64,000 bases of DNA from Bacteroidales bacterium (GTDB lineage Bacteria > Bacteroidota > Bacteroidia > Bacteroidales > F082): assembly GCA_045615285.1 (NCBI GenBank), contig JAZLEO010000011.1, forward strand, positions 5,235-69,234, read 5' to 3'. The position numbers and the translations under genes were made by a program. Below the pieces are notes generated by a model. That model was not told the DNA's origin. It ran no database searches and saw nothing but the letters and a program-made list of their open reading frames with translations. How positions within the stretch are numbered: the first letter of the stretch is position 1; each line of letters opens with the position of its first letter. Shown one piece after another: positions 10,023-19,278 of this stretch.

Positions 10023-11423
10023 TTATTGTAATAGGTGATTGTATATTTTTTGAAGGAATTTATTCTCGTCTTCCATGTCCTGCTTGACCAGGATTCTTTC
10101 TAACTCATTGTCGCTGGTTGCGTTAAGGATAATTCTGCTGTGTTCAAATATTTTTTCTGAAGGGAATATTCCTTCGTAAATAGTCTTTAACGAAAAGTCA
10201 TATTTTGTCTTTTCATTGAAGAAATTTGAATTATTCAAAACATCTTTTAAGTTAATTATCTTAAACAAAACATCTTTGGATTCGATTATATGGTATCGTT
10301 GCATAAGTATGTTGATGTTTTGCGCTGAGAAATAAACGACTTTTTCATATCGTTTTAGTTCTTCTGTTAATATTTTTAAACCTTCTTCCATTTTTGAATA
10401 GTCGTCAAGGCAGTTCCATTCGGTCGTTTCTCCGTTTTCGTTTGATAATATAGAGAAAGAAAGGACAACTTCCTGATAAGGTTTATGTCCGTCTAAAATA
10501 GGTACGGCTGGTCTGTAGAACAGCAGGTTTAGAAATGCGATGGAATTTGTTTTTTTGCCGATTAAATCGTAAAAGTTTTTGTAATTGATATAGTAGGTGT
10601 TCTGTTCTAACGCATCTATCTGATTCATTTCCAATGATAAAGGATTTATTAGTTTCTTGAAATCTCTATTGTTTTGAATGCCGTTATTGTATATTGAAAA
10701 TAATTCATTGTTGCTCATTGCGTTTGTGTGAAGGAAGCAGTCTTTCTCGACTTTTTTCCAGCAGTGACCTAAGAATTCGCATTTGTATGGCGTGAAACAT
10801 TGTGTGCCGATATTTATGCGAGGAGCGTTTTGTAGTTTGGTGACTTCTTTAAATTCGTTAACTTTTTTGTCGATGACGCTTAATTGTTGTTCTGCGTAGT
10901 CTTTTACTGACTTGAAAACAAAAAGTTCGTTAACATTTATTTCTCCGTTTTTAACATAATTTTCGTTAACATACATCAGCTGCATATCGCTGAGCGGTAC
11001 GTTGCATCCGTTTAAAACGTAATATTGAAGAGCTGCGTCTTTGTAGTACGTATCGCTTAGAGAAAGAGAGCTCTTCACTTCGATTGCACGCCATTTTTCA
11101 CCGTCGCGAACAAGGATGTCGAGCATGATGAGTGTGTCGTTATATATGAATATGGCTTCATACATCACGTTGATATTCGGGTCATTAAGATTTTGCATCG
11201 TTTTTTCAAACATTTTTCCGAATAGGGAAGGCGACGGCGGTGCCATATTAACTCCTCCTGAAAAATAAGTCCTTGCTAAGATGCCGACATCTGTTCCTCT
11301 CTTGAATTTGGCTCTTTGCTCGATGCTCAATTTGTCGCGCAGATATGGATGCTTTTTGTACATATAAAGCGCTTTCGGGCATTGTTCGCCCTTTATGTAT
11401 GTCGATTTTGAAAGTATGTGCAT
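10023..11423 (-). CDS. DUF2779-like protein with Cas4/RecB-type PD-(D/E)xK nuclease core and Cys cluster
   Basis: 466 aa. N-terminal KGEQCPKALYMY, then D...EVKSS (LDILVRDGEKWRAIEVKSS) and CFTPYKCEFLGHCW, consistent with an Fe-S Cas4-like nuclease fold. Confidence 0.65.
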   Translation of the reverse strand: MHILSKSTYIKGEQCPKALYMYKKHPYLRDKLSIEQRAKFKRGTDVGILARTYFSGGVNMAPPSPSLFGKMFEKTMQNLNDPNINVMYEAIFIYNDTLIMLDILVRDGEKWRAIEVKSSLSLSDTYYKDAALQYYVLNGCNVPLSDMQLMYVNENYVKNGEINVNELFVFKSVKDYAEQQLSVIDKKVNEFKEVTKLQNAPRINIGTQCFTPYKCEFLGHCWKKVEKDCFLHTNAMSNNELFSIYNNGIQNNRDFKKLINPLSLEMNQIDALEQNTYYINYKNFYDLIGKKTNSIAFLNLLFYRPAVPILDGHKPYQEVVLSFSILSNENGETTEWNCLDDYSKMEEGLKILTEELKRYEKVVYFSAQNINILMQRYHIIESKDVLFKIINLKDVLNNSNFFNEKTKYDFSLKTIYEGIFPSEKIFEHSRIILNATSDNELERILVKQDMEDENKFLQKIYNHLLQ

Positions 11424-11424
11424 G

Positions 11425-12732
11425 TTAATTTTCTTTAACAGTGTTAATAATATTTTTCTTGTACATCAACGTCATCGCAGTGCCTCTGGCTATCATAAAC
11501 ATTAAAAATGCGATCCATAAGCCGTGGTTGCCGAATTTTGGCGTTAGTATGTACCAAGAAGGAACGAATATAAAAATCGATGCGATTATCATGGTGTTCC
11601 TTATTGCTTTTGAAGATGTTGCACCAATATAGATTCCATCCCATATAAAAGCTGCGAATGTTATTAATGGTATGATAATCATGTATATATAGTAAGGCTT
11701 TATTTCTGATAGGATTGCAGCGTTGTCGGAAATGATTCTTACAAAACTTGAAGGGAATAATGCGTAAAGTATTGTGAATGGAATACTTATGAAAAATCCC
11801 CATGACAAAAGATGTTTTATTACTTTTTTTAGGTTTTCTTTGTCGCCTGAGCCGACGAATTTTCCAACCAAAGCTTCTCCTGCATAAGCGAAACCGTCTG
11901 TGAAATAAGAAAATATATAAAATGATTGTAATAATATCATATTGATTGCTAATATGTTATCTCCTAATTTTGCAGATTGGTTCGTGAAAAACGCTATGCT
12001 GATTATCAATAGAAAGCTGCGTATCATCAAATCTGTGTTGACTTTGAAGAAACGTTTTATTTTGTCGATGTTAAATAAAATTTTACTGTTTATTTTTACA
12101 AAGTAAGATTTGTAATTTTTTATTAACAAAATGAGGGCTAGAGTTAGTCCGCAATATTGAGCCAAAACAGTTCCTAGAGCGACTCCTTTAACATTTTGCT
12201 CAAAAATTATTACCAAAATATAACTAAATATAATATTCATTACATTAATTAATATGGCGATATACATAGGAATTTTTGTATTTTGCATTCCTACGAACCA
12301 TCCGTTGAGGCAATAAAGCAGAATATTAGCCGGAGCGGCCCAAATTCTCACATAGAAATAGGTGATGGCGAGAGATTTTACGTCATCGCTGCCGTCAAGT
12401 AGTATGGCGCTTATCCTGGCGATAGGTGTTTGCAGTAACAAAATGAACGCAATGATAGGAATACCGATGCAAACTGAGCGGTATAATGAATAAATGGTTT
12501 CCGATTTGTCATTGTTTCCCAGTGATTGTGCCGTGAAACCTGTCGTTCCGGCTCTTAAAAAACTGAAGAAAGAATACAAAACGCTGAAAATAGTTCCGCC
12601 GAGAGCTATGGCTCCGATATATGCGGCTGAGTCTAAATGTCCCATCAATATCATATCGACAAGGCCTAGCAATGGTATTGTTATGTTGCTGATAATGTTA
12701 GGGATAGCTAATTTTAAAATCGAACGGTTCAC
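11425..12732 (-). CDS. MATE family efflux transporter
   Basis: 435 aa with 12 predicted TM segments. Opens ILKLAIPNIISNITIPLLGLVDMILMGHL, typical of MATE/DinF-like pumps. Its stop is 1 nt from the start of the DUF2779 gene. Confidence 0.85.
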   Translation of the reverse strand: MNRSILKLAIPNIISNITIPLLGLVDMILMGHLDSAAYIGAIALGGTIFSVLYSFFSFLRAGTTGFTAQSLGNNDKSETIYSLYRSVCIGIPIIAFILLLQTPIARISAILLDGSDDVKSLAITYFYVRIWAAPANILLYCLNGWFVGMQNTKIPMYIAILINVMNIIFSYILVIIFEQNVKGVALGTVLAQYCGLTLALILLIKNYKSYFVKINSKILFNIDKIKRFFKVNTDLMIRSFLLIISIAFFTNQSAKLGDNILAINMILLQSFYIFSYFTDGFAYAGEALVGKFVGSGDKENLKKVIKHLLSWGFFISIPFTILYALFPSSFVRIISDNAAILSEIKPYYIYMIIIPLITFAAFIWDGIYIGATSSKAIRNTMIIASIFIFVPSWYILTPKFGNHGLWIAFLMFMIARGTAMTLMYKKNIINTVKEN

Positions 12733-12776
12733 GATGATACTTTTTTTGCAAATTTAAGAAAAATGATGCTTTTTTA

Positions 12777-12870
12777 CGTGGATAAGCTTGATTGTGGAAT
12801 AAATTTTTGTTCCACAGCATAAGTGTGGAATATTGTGGAAAAATTCTACGTTTTTCTACATTGTGGATTC
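12777..12870. promoter_or_regulatory. Cluster of six DnaA-box-like 9-mers (candidate oriC element or DnaA-regulated region)
   Basis: CGTGGATAA 12777-12785; TGTGGAATA 12793-12801; TGTTCCACA 12808-12816 (opposite orientation); TGTGGAATA 12824-12832; TGTGGAAAA 12834-12842; TGTGGATTC 12862-12870. Each matches TGTGGATAA/TTATCCACA at 7-8 of 9 positions. An AT-rich tract lies at 12871-13006. Confidence 0.45.
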
Positions 12871-12882
12871 AAAAAAAATTAT

Positions 12883-12890
12883 TAAATTTG
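12883..12890 (+). promoter_or_regulatory. -7 promoter box (TAAATTTG)
   Basis: TAnnTTTG match upstream of the 13007 lipoprotein gene, implying a leader of about 110 nt. Confidence 0.4.
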
Positions 12891-13006
12891 CAAAGTCTAA
12901 TTTGATTATCAATAAATTGAATACATCACTCAAATTATTTTCTTTTGGTATGAAATTGGATTGAATAATATTGAATTGAACACTAACTTAATTAAAACTT
13001 AAAATA

Positions 13007-13852
13007 ATGAAAAAAACTTTAACAATTTTGTCAGTAGCATTAGTAGCTTTAATGTTAAGCTCATGCGTAGAAAAGTCAAAGAAGTATCAACAATTATTAG
13101 CAGAAAAAGATGCTGTAGTTCTTGAAAACCAAAACATTGAAAAAGAATACAACGCAGCTCTCGGTATCATCAGTGATGTTGAAAACAATCTCAGTGCTAT
13201 TCGCGATGCAGAAGGTTTGATGTTAATCAAAAGCGAAAACAACTCACAAAGAGATCAACTCAATTCAGAATTGATTCAAATAAAAGAAACAATGGCAATC
13301 AATCGTGCTAGATTAGATTCATTGTCAAATGTTATCGAAAAATCAAATAAAGACAGATCACAACTCCGTAGCACAATCAAGAAATTACAAGCTCAATTAG
13401 CTGAAAAAGAAGCTACTATCCTTGCAATGCAAGAACAACTCGCTCAAAAAGATCAAGAAATCGCTGGCTTGAACACACAAGTAAGCAACTTGAACGAAGA
13501 CCTCAACAAAGTTACAGCTGAGAAAGACGAACAAAGCCGTATCATCGCTGACCAAATCACAGCTATGAACACAGTTTACTACGTAGGCGCAACAAAGAAA
13601 GAATTAAAAGCTAACGGTATCTTGACTTCAAAATATATCTTGAGACAAGAAGTTCCAGCTGAAGCTTTCACAAAAGCTGACAAACGCGAAGTTTCAGAAA
13701 TCGCTTTCACAGCTAAAAAAGCTAAAGTTCTCTCAGCTCATCCAGTTGAATCATACACAATCGTTGTAAAAGATAATCAATCAGTGTTACAAATCAACAA
13801 CCCAGAATTATTCTGGAGTGTAACCAAATATTTGGTCGTCGTTACCAAATAA
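13007..13852 (+). CDS. Coiled-coil lipoprotein of unknown function
   Basis: MKKTLTILSVALVALMLSSC lipobox. The central part has long heptad-like Q/E/K/L-rich segments (LQAQLAEKEATILAMQEQLAQKDQEIAGLNTQVSNLNEDLNKV). Confidence 0.6.
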   Translation: MKKTLTILSVALVALMLSSCVEKSKKYQQLLAEKDAVVLENQNIEKEYNAALGIISDVENNLSAIRDAEGLMLIKSENNSQRDQLNSELIQIKETMAINRARLDSLSNVIEKSNKDRSQLRSTIKKLQAQLAEKEATILAMQEQLAQKDQEIAGLNTQVSNLNEDLNKVTAEKDEQSRIIADQITAMNTVYYVGATKKELKANGILTSKYILRQEVPAEAFTKADKREVSEIAFTAKKAKVLSAHPVESYTIVVKDNQSVLQINNPELFWSVTKYLVVVTK

Positions 13853-13877
13853 TTTTTCTGCTCGTTTTCAATATTAT

Positions 13878-13918
13878 GAAAATCCGGTGTCGCCTGACAT
13901 CGGATTTTCTTTTTTTTA
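13878..13918 (+). terminator. Intrinsic terminator
   Basis: Stem GAAAATCCG (13878-13886) pairs with CGGATTTTC (13901-13909), followed by a T-rich run to 13918. Confidence 0.7.
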
Positions 13919-13957
13919 TTTTGTCGAAATAGCGCATGTTCATTGGGAAATATTATT

Positions 13958-13965
13958 TAACTTTG
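13958..13965 (+). promoter_or_regulatory. -7 promoter box (TAACTTTG)
   Basis: TAnnTTTG match 19 nt upstream of the ATG at 13984. Confidence 0.45.
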
Positions 13966-13983
13966 CCATAAGTATTTTGCAAG

Positions 13984-15366
13984 ATGGAAAAAAGAATTTT
14001 AATACTTGAAGATGACGTTACTTTTGGAATGATGCTCAAGACTTGGTTTAAAAAGCAATCTTGGGAAACAGTTTTGGCGTCTAAGATGGAACAGGCGAAG
14101 ATAGAATTTCAAACACATTCCTTTGATTTGATTCTGAGTGATTTGCGACTCCCAGATGGCGATGGTATTATATTTCTTACATGGTTGCGCGAGAATAAAA
14201 TAATGACTCCTTTTATCATTATGACGAGTTATTCCGATGTCCAGACCGCCGTTTCAGCCATGAAATTAGGCGCTTTCGATTACTTGCAGAAACCAATAAA
14301 TCCGACAATTCTTCAACAAAAAATAGAAACAGCCATAACTTTACAGCAGCCAACTTCAATAAAAGAGGAGAAAGTCTGTGTGAAGAAAAACCAAGATAAA
14401 AAAACGAATAATGTCGTTAAGGGAAGCAGCTCTGTGATGCAACGTCTTTATTCTCATATAGATTTGGTGGCTCCAACGAAGATGGCCGTGCTTGTTTTAG
14501 GAGAAAGCGGGACTGGAAAAGAATATATCGCTCGCATGATTCACGAGAAAAGTAATAGACAATCAGCGCCTTTTATTGCTGTGGATTGTGGCAGCCTTTC
14601 TATGGAGCTGGCTCCGTCGGAGTTGTTCGGACATAAAAAAGGTTCTTTTACGTCGGCCATATCTGATAAAACAGGCGTGTTTGTGGCGGCTAATGGCGGA
14701 ACTGTATTTTTGGATGAAGTAGGAAATCTTTCATACGAAGTTCAAAAACAGTTGCTTAGAGCTTTGCAGGAACAAAAAGTGAGACCTGTAGGCTCAGCTT
14801 CCGATATTGAAGTAGATGTTAGGATAATAGCAGCTACCAATGAAAATCTTGAAAAAGCGATAGAAGAAGGTCGTTTCCGTCAGGATTTGTATCATCGTAT
14901 CAACGAGTTTACCGTTAATGTTCCGCCGCTTCGTGAAAGGATGGAAGATCTTGAAGAATTCGCTTATCATTTTGTAAATCAAGCTAATGAGGAATTGGGA
15001 AAAGATGTTGATACAATATCTTTTGAAGCGATGGAAGCGCTCAAACAGCAAAGTTGGTTGGGTAATCTTCGAGAGTTGCGTAATGTGATTCGCCGTTCTG
15101 TTTTGTTTGTTACGGATAATGTTTTAAGGAAGGAAAATCTTCCTGATTTCCCGAAAGACGGTAAAAAACAGAATGAGATAAAAATAGAAAAAGAAGAGAA
15201 TCGTAATTCCAACGATTTGGTTCTTAATAATAAAGCTAATGAAAAAGAACATATTTTAGCCGCTTTGAGACAGGCAGGCGGTAATAAGACAATCGCGGCA
15301 AAACTGCTTCAAATTGATAGGAAGACATTGTATAATAAGATGCACTTATATGGCATAGAGCTGTAA
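13984..15366 (+). CDS. Sigma-54-dependent (NtrC-family) response regulator
   Basis: REC domain (ILILEDD...LILSDLRLPDGDG...GAFDYLQKP), AAA+ sigma54-interaction domain (GESGTGKE, GSFTSA for GAFTGA, FLDEVG, RIIAATN) and a C-terminal Fis-type HTH (GGNKTIAAKLLQIDRKTLYNKM). Confidence 0.9.
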   Translation: MEKRILILEDDVTFGMMLKTWFKKQSWETVLASKMEQAKIEFQTHSFDLILSDLRLPDGDGIIFLTWLRENKIMTPFIIMTSYSDVQTAVSAMKLGAFDYLQKPINPTILQQKIETAITLQQPTSIKEEKVCVKKNQDKKTNNVVKGSSSVMQRLYSHIDLVAPTKMAVLVLGESGTGKEYIARMIHEKSNRQSAPFIAVDCGSLSMELAPSELFGHKKGSFTSAISDKTGVFVAANGGTVFLDEVGNLSYEVQKQLLRALQEQKVRPVGSASDIEVDVRIIAATNENLEKAIEEGRFRQDLYHRINEFTVNVPPLRERMEDLEEFAYHFVNQANEELGKDVDTISFEAMEALKQQSWLGNLRELRNVIRRSVLFVTDNVLRKENLPDFPKDGKKQNEIKIEKEENRNSNDLVLNNKANEKEHILAALRQAGGNKTIAAKLLQIDRKTLYNKMHLYGIEL

Positions 15367-15370
15367 GTCT

Positions 15371-17815
15371 TTATATATCATACTTTTCACTTAAATATAA
15401 AATGAAATCATCGGCTTTGTTTAAAAAGTCGGCTGATTTTTCTTTCCATTCAGGAAATTCCGATTCATCCTTGTCTCTAAGCAGATCCATTTTCATAAGA
15501 AAACCTGCGCTTTCGTTTTGGTTCAATTGAACGAACATAGGTCGCATTTTATGACATAGCCTGACGGCTTCTGAAAAGTCGTTTCTGCTTATCAACTCAT
15601 TGAATGTTATTATGTTATTTGAAGTCGAGTTTACAAAAGAAGTCAATATGTTTGTAATTGCTTCATCATCTGAGTCAAACATGGAGCACAATTCTGGAAA
15701 ATCGTTTTGGAACTTCGAGCGTTTTTCTGCTTTATAATCGGAATTGGTATTTAGTAATGTAGCTAAATCTTTGATAGAGAATGGTTTCCTTAAATAATCG
15801 TCGAAGCCGTTTTCGATGGCTATATCAAGATTATATTCAGATCTGGCGGTCATAAGAACTACCTTTTTATCAGGATTGATTTTTTTTACCTTACGCAAAA
15901 CATCAAGTCCGCTGAAAGCTCCCATCTCTCTGTCTGTCAGTATAATATCATAATTGTTGATGTTTTTGCATATTTCGTCAAATTCTATGGAAGAATGGCA
16001 GATGTCACACTTTATGTTTATTTTCTTTAACATAGATTCTATGACTGTCAATAATGTTTCGTCATCGTCAATTATCAAGATGTTTAATTCGTGGTTGATT
16101 TTAATTTTTTGAATATCAATTGTTTCGGTTTCAGTTTCTTTCGTGTTTGTAAATTCGACAGGTATTTTAATTATAAATTCCGAACCTTTGCCTTCTTCAG
16201 ATTCCACCTCAATGTTTCCGTTCAGCAAATCAATCAGTCCTTTGACGACGTAAAGGCCAAAACCGCTTCCTTCGATAAGGCTTTCGCTGTTATCTATGCG
16301 GCTGAAAGGTTTGAAAATTTCATCTATTTTATCTTTAGGGATACCGATTCCTTCATCAGAGATATTGAAAATAAGATTGTTGTCTTTTTCATTGACAGTG
16401 AAATTGATATTTCCTTTAATCGTATATTTTATGGCATTCGATAAAATATTGCTTAATATCTGCTTTATTTTCAAAGCGTCAGATTTTATGAAGCGATTTT
16501 CATCCAGCGTTTTATTGTAAATGAAATTTAACTTTTTGTTCGTGGCCAAAGGTTTGAACATGTCGTTGAGATCGTCGCATAATTTACAAATGTTGAATTC
16601 TGAAATTATAGCGCATTCTTTCCCTTGATCTAATTTGGAGAAATTCAAAAGATTTGTCAGCAGTGATAAAATATGATCGGCGGAGTTTTTCATAGAAGAG
16701 ATTGTACGTGTTTCTTCTTGATTATCAGAATCTATCTGCATTAGTTCCAAGTGACCTAAAATTGATGAAAGAGGCGATTTTATGTCGTGTGATACGGAAA
16801 GAAGTAATTTATGTCTGCTTTCCATAATTTCTTCGGTACGTTTTTTAGCTTCTTCAGTCGCTTTTCTGGCGATGATGACTTTTTTAACATCATAGAAAAT
16901 GAAGAATATAAATGTTAAAATCGTTAAGAGAGCGATACTTGCAATTAAGATTGAAAAGTTAATGTTTCTGTTTATTAACAATTCGCTTTTGTGTATTTCT
17001 TTTATGACGCTATTAAGAGTTTGTTTGTGCAGATTTATTAACAAGTCGGAAATTTCTTTTGTTATTTCTTGATCTGCCAATGCCAGATTGTTATATTTTC
17101 TCTCAAAAGTCTCTATTTGTTGAATGTATTTTTGTCTTCCTTTTTCTGTAGATAATTGAATATCATTTAATAATCGTATTGTTTCGTCTTGGTTTTCTGT
17201 AATTGTATCAGTTGTTGTTTTTGAAACGAGTACGAGGCTGTCAAAAGAGTCGCTTGGCGAAAAGACTTCGCTGAGGCGTTTGAAAAAGTTTTTCTTTTCT
17301 GTTTTGTAAATGACAGTATCTTGTATGGTTTGTGTTATTGTAGCTTTTCTCTGAATGTGTTGATAATCGTTTATAATGGAATAGATTTCCAAATAAGGGT
17401 TAAAGGAATTTAACTGTTTGCCTATTTCTTCTATATTTTTTTCTTTTTTTTGCAGAAGAACTGTGATGTCGTTCAGAGTTTTTGTGTTAAAGTTTTCGTC
17501 ACAAAGATTTATTATTGAATCGTTTAGTGCGGAAATTTCGGAGATGGATATTTTATAGTTCTCCAAATGTTTTTGGTTGGCGGTGAAAGTGAATATGTTG
17601 GAGTAAGATTGCGCTTTGTTGACCTTTTCAATAAGTTTGTTGGTAAGACTTAAAATCTCTTCGTTTTTTCTGATATTATCTCTTTGATTGTTAATGGAAC
17701 TTTTGGCTTTAATCACATAATGAATCATGCCGCCGCACAACAATGCTACCAGAACGAATATTATCGTCGCATTCTGTTTGACGCGATTTTCATATTGGCG
17801 CTTCCTTTTCTTCAT
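15371..17815 (-). CDS. Hybrid sensor histidine kinase/response regulator with C-terminal HPt-like domain
   Basis: 814 aa. Two TM segments flank a coiled sensor region, followed by HisKA H-box (LLSVSHDIKSPLSSI), HATPase (GSGFGLYVVKGL), REC (ILIIDDDE...ILTDREMG...K) and an HPt-like CHKMRPMF. Confidence 0.9.
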   Translation of the reverse strand: MKKRKRQYENRVKQNATIIFVLVALLCGGMIHYVIKAKSSINNQRDNIRKNEEILSLTNKLIEKVNKAQSYSNIFTFTANQKHLENYKISISEISALNDSIINLCDENFNTKTLNDITVLLQKKEKNIEEIGKQLNSFNPYLEIYSIINDYQHIQRKATITQTIQDTVIYKTEKKNFFKRLSEVFSPSDSFDSLVLVSKTTTDTITENQDETIRLLNDIQLSTEKGRQKYIQQIETFERKYNNLALADQEITKEISDLLINLHKQTLNSVIKEIHKSELLINRNINFSILIASIALLTILTFIFFIFYDVKKVIIARKATEEAKKRTEEIMESRHKLLLSVSHDIKSPLSSILGHLELMQIDSDNQEETRTISSMKNSADHILSLLTNLLNFSKLDQGKECAIISEFNICKLCDDLNDMFKPLATNKKLNFIYNKTLDENRFIKSDALKIKQILSNILSNAIKYTIKGNINFTVNEKDNNLIFNISDEGIGIPKDKIDEIFKPFSRIDNSESLIEGSGFGLYVVKGLIDLLNGNIEVESEEGKGSEFIIKIPVEFTNTKETETETIDIQKIKINHELNILIIDDDETLLTVIESMLKKINIKCDICHSSIEFDEICKNINNYDIILTDREMGAFSGLDVLRKVKKINPDKKVVLMTARSEYNLDIAIENGFDDYLRKPFSIKDLATLLNTNSDYKAEKRSKFQNDFPELCSMFDSDDEAITNILTSFVNSTSNNIITFNELISRNDFSEAVRLCHKMRPMFVQLNQNESAGFLMKMDLLRDKDESEFPEWKEKSADFLNKADDFILYLSEKYDI

Positions 17816-17934
17816 AACAACAAATATAAAGAAAAAATCGTTGATGGAAAGATAGTCGTTATGATTTTTTATAAAAATTAAGGCCGTCTAATATCAAAAG
17901 TCAGACAGCCTCAATTCTTAATTACTAATTAATT

Positions 17935-19278
17935 TTATTCCAGTCCTCCGCCTAAGGCGTGATATAATGTGATTACGCTTTGTATCTCGATGTATTTGTC
18001 GTTTGTTTCGGTGAGTTCTGCTTGTAAGAGATTCTTCTGAGCTGTCAGAACTTCGAGATAATCAGCTTGTCCGTTTTTCATCAGTAGCTGCGTATTCATA
18101 ACCGCTCCTTTCAAATACATGATCTGCAACTTGTCGCTGTCCAATCTCTTACGTGCGGTCTGCCACGCTATCAAGGCGTTGTTGGCTTCGGTTCCCGCAT
18201 CTAACAATGTCTGCTTGAAATTCAGCAGTGCTTCTTGTCGTTGCGATTCGCTTATTTTCATTCTCGCCTTATTTTTGCCTTGATTGAAGATGGGCTGCAT
18301 CAAAGAGCCGACTGTATTGAAAATCCAGTCTCCCGGATCGCCGACAGTTCCGCTCCAGCCAGCGTTGCCGCTTAAAGTGATGCTAGGGTAGAAGTAGGAA
18401 CGTGCTACATTGGTAGCGTAAAAAGCTTCAACTAACTGATATTCTGCTCGTCGTACGTCAGGACGGTTGACGAGACTCGATAACGGAAGTCCCATTAATA
18501 ATGTATCTGGGAATATTTGTTGTGACAATTCGTTGCGTTCAAATTCTTGCGGCACTAATCCTAAAAGCGATGAGAGGGAGTTTTCTTGTTCGATGATTTG
18601 CTTCTGTAATGTCAGAATTGAACCTTCTACATTGACTTTGTTGGCTTTAGCTTGAAGTACGGCGGCTTCGTTGGTCTTGCCGGCTCTCTTCAATGCTGAT
18701 AATGTCCTGATATTTTCTTCCCAAGTCTTGAGTGTTCTCTTGCTGATCTCCAATTGTTCGTCGAGCATGAGAAGCGTGTAATATGAATTCGCTATTGTGG
18801 CTACGAGTTGAGTCTGCACCGCTTGTTGGTAAGCTTCTGTCGCTGATAATGCGGCTTCTGCACCTTTCTTGGTGTTGTGCAATCTTCCGAAAGCATCGAT
18901 TTCCCAGGAAACGCTAGGAGTGAGGCTGTAACTCAAACCGTTTTTATTCGCATTAGCCTGCGCTGAGAATGAAACGTTAGGAAAAAGGGCTAGCTTTGAT
19001 GTTTGCAACGTAGCTTCTGCTTGTTCCACTTTAAGACGTGCAATCTCTAAATCGGTGTTGTTTTTCAATCCGACTTCAATCAGATTTTGAAGTAAAGTGT
19101 CAGCGAACAGCTCTTTCCATGTTAGTGAAGCTATTGATTCATAATCATCTGCGGTCGGAATTCTGTTGTAAAGACTATCAACGAAAGTGATGTCGGGACG
19201 CTCGTAATGTTTATACAGAGCGCAACTGTTCATTGAGATTGCTAATAATATTATTATAGGTATTAATATCTTTTTCAT
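17935..19278 (-). CDS. RND efflux outer-membrane factor lipoprotein (TolC/NodT family)
   Basis: Lipobox AISMNSC, two TolC-type repeats, last gene of a three-gene RND operon. It overlaps the pump gene by 4 nt. Confidence 0.9.
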   Translation of the reverse strand: MKKILIPIIILLAISMNSCALYKHYERPDITFVDSLYNRIPTADDYESIASLTWKELFADTLLQNLIEVGLKNNTDLEIARLKVEQAEATLQTSKLALFPNVSFSAQANANKNGLSYSLTPSVSWEIDAFGRLHNTKKGAEAALSATEAYQQAVQTQLVATIANSYYTLLMLDEQLEISKRTLKTWEENIRTLSALKRAGKTNEAAVLQAKANKVNVEGSILTLQKQIIEQENSLSSLLGLVPQEFERNELSQQIFPDTLLMGLPLSSLVNRPDVRRAEYQLVEAFYATNVARSYFYPSITLSGNAGWSGTVGDPGDWIFNTVGSLMQPIFNQGKNKARMKISESQRQEALLNFKQTLLDAGTEANNALIAWQTARKRLDSDKLQIMYLKGAVMNTQLLMKNGQADYLEVLTAQKNLLQAELTETNDKYIEIQSVITLYHALGGGLE

